From NCBI GenBank assembly GCA_030704615.1, contig JAKLZA010000070.1:1-5222 (forward strand): a stretch of 5,222 bases of DNA, in the 5' to 3' direction. This DNA comes from Takakia lepidozioides (Eukaryota > Plantae > Bryophyta). Of the stretch, positions 1 to 5,222 are shown piece after piece. Numbering within the stretch: the first letter of the stretch is position 1; each line of letters starts with the position of its first letter. Both the position numbers and the translations under genes were made by a program. The notes under the pieces were generated by a model that worked only from the letters and a program-made list of their open reading frames with translations, made no database searches and had not been told where the DNA came from.

Positions 1-360
1 ACAGGCCGGTAATCCACCGCACATACGTCTCTCCGTCCAATTGCCATAGACATCCTTCTTGGCTGGCATCACTGTGGCTGAAGCATATTCTCCACAGAGA
101 GCTCCACCAAACCTGCCTCCGAGGATCTTGAGTCCTCATCTGAATCAAAGACCTCTCCTGTCACTGTATCTATAGGGTCTCCGAAAGATTGGCGGTACAG
201 TGGCCAACTCAATACGGATCTCTTGACCCTTCATTGCTCCCAAGTCCTTCAAATGAAGGCAAAGCAATTCCTGTAAGCCCTCAGGAACCGCCGTATACGT
301 CGTCTTCTCCTCCGGTGACAAGGGGGTCCAATGTCAGGCTCCCAGTTGTCCTCCGTAAAC
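1..360 (-). pseudogene. pol: Reverse transcriptase N-terminal region (Ty3/Gypsy type), frameshifted, continues beyond the window
   Basis: Manual translation: FLRAYRNCFAF/KDLGAMKGQEIRIELATVPPIFRRPYRYSD/ERSLIQMRTQD/EAGLVELS/GEYASATVMPAKKDVYGNWTERRMCG/DYRP. This matches the Gypsy RT consensus P...PYR...L..G.I..S.S.(W/Y)ASP.V.V.KKDG..R.C.DYR. It is absent from the ORF track. Confidence 0.9.
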
Positions 361-714
361 TACAACCTTAAGTCCAGTGGGCTTAGAGGTAGAGGACGCG
401 TCCCGTGGTTGCTATGCTGCAACCTCTAGCAGTACTCCCTACCTGCTCAGTCAATGACAAGGCATCATCCTGCCCCATCTCATCCTTGAGGACCTCCTCA
501 ACCGAGAAGAATCCCCAACCTCATCCATCACAGCCGCCTTGGCTGCCAACTCTCTCTGAACCTCGAGCACCTCCCACGTGTGCCATGGATGCATGAACCC
601 CGTTGGTCCTCACATGCTCGCCCCCACTAATGCCCTGTTTTGTACCGTCTGGTAGGCAGAGAGGCAGAGAGACCCTTGAGGGGGAAGTGTAGTCCGCACT
701 CTGCGTTGATCAGC

Positions 715-1700
715 TAGAGCCAAGCTGATAATCCAGGTCAAGGCAATTGAGATCCATTGCTTGCCCCAACACTTGACGACGTGGATGCCTCAGGAAAGAG
801 ACGACACCGCGTCGGTACCAGTGGTAAAACCCATTGCCCGCTCACGCTCGTCAGCATTAGGCTCCACTAACTGCTGCAAACTGAGACATCCCACAGGAGG
901 AAGGTCCACTATCCCGGAAAGCATGCGATCCTGGGAAAGCTGAGCAGTGGAGGTAATGCTGCTCGTGGTTGACCCACCTTGTTGACCACTGCCAAAGGCG
1001 AACGGTCACGTGTCTCACACGTTGAGACTGCCCACTTGTGTCCAGAATGTTATCCACTGTGAGATGTGTGGCCGCTGCACCCCATCAAATGCACGCTTGA
1101 GCAGTGCGGGTGGCATCATGTTAGTCCACCATATCCGTGGACGATGAGCCCGTGACCCCATTGTAGCTGCATCTAGCAACACTGCTAACCCAAGCCACGA
1201 CCGGACTTGATGCACACTGGCCATCACCCTGGCCCGAGAATCGCCCATCAGTGGCACATTCCCAAAGATATGCTGGAGATACAGCTTGATGAAGCTGCAA
1301 GTGGCGCAAAACCCGCACCATCTCCCAAAACAGACACGACTAGAGTCTCGCAATCCATTGCCATGCCCGGCTGATGAATGCACTGGCAGGGCCAACCTGC
1401 CACTACCAGATCATGGAGCCAACCCGCTCCAAATCCTGCGCCCCCAGCAACGAAACGTCTGCTGGCAAGGCCTGCTGATATCCACGAATTGTAGACACCG
1501 ACAACAACTAGGGGTACCGTTGCACCAACTGAGCAACATGGCGAAGTGAAACGCGTCGTGCAGTCTCATCCTCTCCACATACAGTGTAACGCCGAAACTC
1601 GTACACCTGCCTGTAACACAACAGCCAATCCGGTTTGTGATCCCGCCAAACAAGTCCAGAAGACAAATGCCTTCATCCGGAGACTGCCACACAATAGGTG
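715..1700 (-). pseudogene. DNMT3-like DNA (cytosine-5)-methyltransferase catalytic domain embedded in pol, frameshifted
   Basis: Motif I ICLLDLFGGI/TGLAVVLQAGV (core 1639-1668); motif II LYVE(R)DE (~1570-1585); motif IV [10 protein letters not shown] (1383-1412, catalytic Pro-Cys codons at 1386-1391); motif VI AYL../NVPLMG (~1243-1272, E disrupted); motif VIII DAATMGSRAHRPRIWWTN (1120-1173); motif IX ERERAMGF (826-849); motif X RRQVLGQAMD (752-781). Order and spacing are canonical. Confidence 0.9.
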
Positions 1701-2009
1701 TGGGGTCCAATGGAGGACAATTGAGGTGGTCCTGGTTGCAATCCCCCACTCTCCTCCTCTCCTGACGGTACAAAAGCCTCCACCCAGGCTTGTTGCACCC
1801 GTCGATCAGCATCCTTGCAAATCCTTGCTCGTGCCCCACAATGAGTCTGAGCAACCATGGTAGGCAACTCCGCCATACCATACATGTCATCCTGCTCTCC
1901 CGGAGGGGTTACATCCTCTGAATGAGCATTGCCTCAAGCAACTCTCTAGCCAACTCACTGCCGCCTGTGAATGCTGCTAGTGTCGCATCTTGCCTCGCTG
2001 GGCAACCGC

Positions 2010-2480
2010 AACTCCTCCTATGAACGTCACAGGGAGCTGCACACGCCGGCCCTCCCCTGACTGCCATGCAGGCCTATAGGAAGCTGACTCCTCCCAAAAA
2101 TCCAGGGTGAAGCCCATGGGGTACAACACTGCCCCACCAACCAGGACATCGTATGAGACTGCATCTGTCACAATGGCCTTGGCTCGCATCACTGAGCCAT
2201 CTGTAGGGTGATCCGGCCGTAGTCTGATAGCCAACTCATGCCGTGTCATGCCCCGAGCCTGCTCCGATCCTCCCAGAGACGTCTGTATCTGGAAAGGACA
2301 AGGCTCCATATCCGCCTCCGTGGAGGCCCAAGCCTGCAATAGCAGCTTTGCCCAGCATCAGTGGCTGAGCTCCCGAGTCCAACAAGACTCGCAGTGGCCG
2401 GTACCTCTTGCCTGCCGGTCCACTCAAACAAGAAAATGCCATCCTGGTTGTCTAACATGACAACTCCAGGTGTCACCATG
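2010..2480 (-). pseudogene. Retropepsin-like aspartic protease domain of pol, frameshifted
   Basis: Catalytic RVLLDSGAQPLMLG (LLDSGA at 2368-2385), flap-like IQTSLGG, and the C-terminal YDVLVGGAVL (DVLVG at 2136-2150, equivalent to the D-hydrophobic-LG motif), split over ORFs 2246-2587, 2236-2442 and 1977-2339. Confidence 0.85.
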
Positions 2481-3099
2481 GCGCGCTCAATGGCTGGCCT
2501 AGCTGGCAGCTCATCAACCTGGCAGCTGCAGCTTGCCATGGCGCCGCCGTGGCAGTCTTGACCCTCAAATCGAGGATCCCTCGGCACTCACCTCCCACTA
2601 TCTCCGCAGAAGATGAAGTAACCTCCCCACTCTCACAGAGTGTAGTGCCAGCCTGAACACCTCAGCTGGTCTTACCCCCGGCGTCGCAATCATGGTAGCC
2701 GAGAACAATGGAGCCTGGCACACAGATGTGGCCGCTCTTAGCAGCACACTAGCTGCCGTAGCCTTGGCAACACTAGGTAGTGGTTGCTACCCGTGTAGCT
2801 CTCCCCAATGGCATAGTGACCTCCGCCTCGGTAACAGTCAGGCGAGAACTAGGTGCCATGGATGGCGTCGACACTGTCTCCGCCAATGTGAATGACTGAG
2901 GAAGCCTAGCCTGACGGCTTGCCTCCCCACGCTGTGGATCCAACTCCACTCTGCACCTCGTGGCTCAGGAACTCGTGCTGCTCCTCGAGTCAGGCTGCAG
3001 CAGACTCCACCTGCACTAGTGGTAGTGCTGCTTCCACACATGAATCCCATGCCTCCCATATCTCCTCCCTTAGGAACAGGAGGTGGACCATCCGGCCTT

Positions 3100-4585
3100 A
3101 GAGCCGGTACCACCTGAGCTGTAGCCATGGCAGCGAGCCTCTGCTCTAGCTGCTGAAGCGGTTGGCCCATGCCTTGGTCAACACCCTGACCTCCGCGTCC
3201 TTGGCCACGTTGAGCTTGCCCTTGGCCTGCACCTCGTGGCTGGCCACCTCGTCCCCTCTGGTGCTCCACCTCGCCCCCGGCCACCATTGTTCCCTTGGAA
3301 CTGGCCTGGGCGCAACTCAGGATGCAAACCATAACACTGGCCTCTCCATGCCCGTGTTTGCCACAATGCCCACACTGTAACTGTGCAGGCTGTGCATGTG
3401 CCGGCCCTTTGCCTCCCTCTGGACAATCCTTCTTGACATGGGGTCCTCCACATGTCCAGCACACACCACATCCGCCCGTTGTTGGCCAGCAAATGAAGGG
3501 AGAGGACCCCTGCATCTGAGGTCCTCTCTGCCCTTCCCTGAGCTTCACTGAGCCCCTTGTTGCCTTGAGCACGTTGAGGTGGTGGTTGGCTAGGAGCACC
3601 ACTACCCCGTGGTGTCTCCTTAGCAAATCCCACATGACCACTCGTTCCTCCACCATGTTGAGCTCTATCCGCTCTGCCAGCAAAAACACATTTGCTAAGG
3701 TGGGTTGGGCCGCTAGTAGGAGAGTTGCATCCCGCACCCTTCTCCTCAGCTCCTTGTCCAATATCCCTACCAGAATTGGACTGCCTGAGCTTCCGTAACC
3801 CCTTGGGTTACATTTATCAAGCGCCTCATGCGAGTGAAAGCCTCCCTCAAGCTCTCGGTCGGCTTCCGTTGGAACTCTTGCAAGCTCCGCAACTTCTCTG
3901 TCCTCACCCCTTGGTAGTTCCCTCTCAACTCTTCGAAGAACTCCACGACAGGGTTGAAGGCAGGCACGGGTGCTGTGCTAGTGTGGTGCGGTAGTGGCTT
4001 GGGTGGACGTCGTAGCTACTGTACCACCAGTCCCACTGCTGCTTGCTGAAGCTGCCGGTTGCAGCGGCAGGTGTAGCCACTGCCCTCGTGGCTCTAGTGC
4101 CCCTAGTGATGGAGACATAGTCGGGTGACCAGTACATCCTCCACTCCTCGATCTCAACCTCATGCCCCCGCCTGAACTCATGGTAATCATCCATAGGCGG
4201 CCCCTCAAGGTGCTGAAACAGCCCCTTCCATGCCATGAAACGGCGTAAATAGTTGTGGATTGCGCATTTGCTGCAAATCACACCAACTATCAAACTCTTG
4301 GATAAAATCATCCAACTCAATGGTGCCCACCGCCCCAGAGTACCTTCGTGGCCCCTTGGTAGCTCCATACATCTCCTCCATTGTGTCCCACAACAATGGC
4401 AAAGAAACAACTTGCACCGCCGGTATGAGTCCTCCCGATTCACAATCCGAATCAGAACCTTCCGTAGAAGACACAGGAGGTGAAGGTGGCCCTAACCGCA
4501 CACCTCGTCTCGTGTACCCACTAGTATCGCTAGTGCTCGAACCGGCACTGTCCCCAGCAACTAGTGGCCACCTCCGTGTTGACAC
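3100..4585 (-). pseudogene. gag: Retrotransposon Gag (capsid-like domain plus nucleocapsid), frameshifted
   Basis: Joined ORFs 4205-4585, 3925-4443, 3767-3967 and 2838-3761 read YSGAVGTIELDDFIQEFDSWC...AWKGLFQHLEGPPMDDY...FFEELRGNY...KLRSLQEFQRKPTESLREAFTRMRRL...AVQFW*GILDKELRRRV...PTLANVFLLAERIE. This resembles the retrotransposon gag pattern (QxxxEsvxxY/F MHR-like segment). In-frame TAG at 3767-3769. Start codon and end boundary are uncertain. Confidence 0.8.
3334..3461 (-). other. Two Gag zinc knuckles
   Basis: CWTCGGPHVKKDC (3423-3461, CX2CX3HX4C) and CGHCGKHGHGE(x)QC (3334-3374, CX2CX4HX4C after restoring one missing base), followed by YGLHPELRP and a G/R/Q-rich tail. Confidence 0.85.
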
Positions 4586-4727
4586 TCAACCGGTCATGAA
4601 CATGTCCCTACCCCCTCTCCACAAGGTAACCGGGTAGAGTAGAGAACCTGTTGCGGCTTATGGTTGTTGGAATACTAAGTTCCTAACATAGCCTACACCT
4701 GTACCTGCATCCACCGCAAGCACTCCT

Positions 4728-4806
4728 ATGGTTGGCTGGTCATCACTCCAACCTCACCACAGGAGAAACAATGATGGTCTGGCTGGTCATCACCCCAGCC
4801 TCACCA
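4728..4806. repeat. Imperfect direct repeat, two copies of 32-33 bp
   Basis: atggt-tggctggtcatcactccaacctcacca (4728-4759) versus atggtctggctggtcatcaccccagcctcacca (4774-4806): 30 of 33 aligned positions identical, with a 14-bp spacer. Confidence 0.85.
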
Positions 4807-5222
4807 TCGACAGCATGCTCTAGGACTGGCCGGTGATCAAATCCGGACCAATCACCTATAAAAACAAGCGCCCACACAAAACTAGCATGGCGCACAGTCA
4901 AGCATGCAGGTATGGAGGGGATCCAAACACAAGAAATCAGATCGACAACTCCCACACCAAAAACAACTCCACGGTGTTGCTCCTGCAAGGACACCCCAGC
5001 CCAAACCCGGACTGACTCTTGCCTCCACCTACGGAAAGGTCTTGGCCTAATGAGAGGGTGGAAACTACGAGGAAGAGAAGCTAAAGCAATGCCTAACCCC
5101 AACATGCTCTCATCCCAACACTCTGCCTCTCCTCTCTACCCTCACTTGCATGACCATGGGAATATCATGAAGATACTCCTCAAACCGCCCTCCACGAGCT
5201 TCAAAATTCGGCCTTCTAGACC

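Larger units (their letters stand above)
1..4600 (-). mobile_element. Ty3/Gypsy-like LTR retrotransposon internal region (gag-PR-DNMT-RT...), frameshifted, truncated by the window edge
   Basis: Colinear minus-strand gag with CCHC knuckles, retropepsin motif LLDSGA, and a Gypsy-type RT N-terminus (IFRRPYRYS...EYASATVMPAKKD...RRMCG/DYRP). No integrase between PR and RT argues against Copia order; the protease argues against a typical DIRS element. Confidence 0.9.

Noticed and set aside
715-1700. Bacterial restriction-modification methylase or a stand-alone host DNMT gene
   Set aside because: It is flanked colinearly by retrotransposon PR and RT, with no cognate nuclease, no evident introns and no N-terminal regulatory domains.
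2952-3241. Short repeat ctgcacctcgtggct near 2951-2965 and 3227-3241
   Set aside because: Only about 15 bp, encoding PRGA twice in low-complexity Gag sequence; too weak to call.
189-4637. Plus-strand ORFs of 60-125 aa (e.g. 1546-1863, 3692-3994, 4260-4637)
   Set aside because: They are antisense shadows of the GC-rich minus-strand polyprotein and show no recognisable motifs.
4728-4806. CRISPR-like repeat-spacer-repeat
   Set aside because: Only two imperfect copies, a 14-bp spacer, no cas genes and a eukaryotic retroelement context.
4743-5105. 120-aa minus-strand ORF and overlapping 60-aa plus-strand ORF (4833-5015) upstream of gag
   Set aside because: No domain signature; they overlap the direct repeat and a probable non-coding leader. 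A small extra ORF cannot be fully excluded.
5121-5143. Purine-rich tract on the minus strand (GAGGGTAGAGAGGAGAGGCAGAG) as a polypurine tract
   Set aside because: A PPT should lie downstream of pol next to the 3' LTR, not upstream of gag.
5140-5160. Minus-strand CA|TGGTCATGCAAG as an LTR end plus primer-binding site
   Set aside because: I cannot match it to a tRNA 3' end, and no second LTR is in the window to confirm a boundary.

Overview
Positions ~1-4600 are the 5' half of a Ty3/Gypsy-type LTR retrotransposon polyprotein gene on the minus strand. Many single-base indels break it, so the ORF track shows only fragments. Joining frames by hand gives this order, 5'->3' on the minus strand: gag (capsid-like region plus two zinc knuckles), aspartic protease (LLDSGA), a full-length DNMT3-like DNA cytosine-5 methyltransferase catalytic domain (motifs I, II, IV, VI, VIII, IX, X recognisable in order), a linker, and the N-terminus of reverse transcriptase, which runs off the window at position 1. 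The main result is a retrotransposon carrying its own C5-DNA methyltransferase between PR and RT. Positions ~4600-5222 look non-coding (probable 5' leader) and contain a ~33-bp imperfect direct repeat; no LTR edge or PBS could be identified. All joined translations are manual and need confirmation by frameshift-aware alignment.
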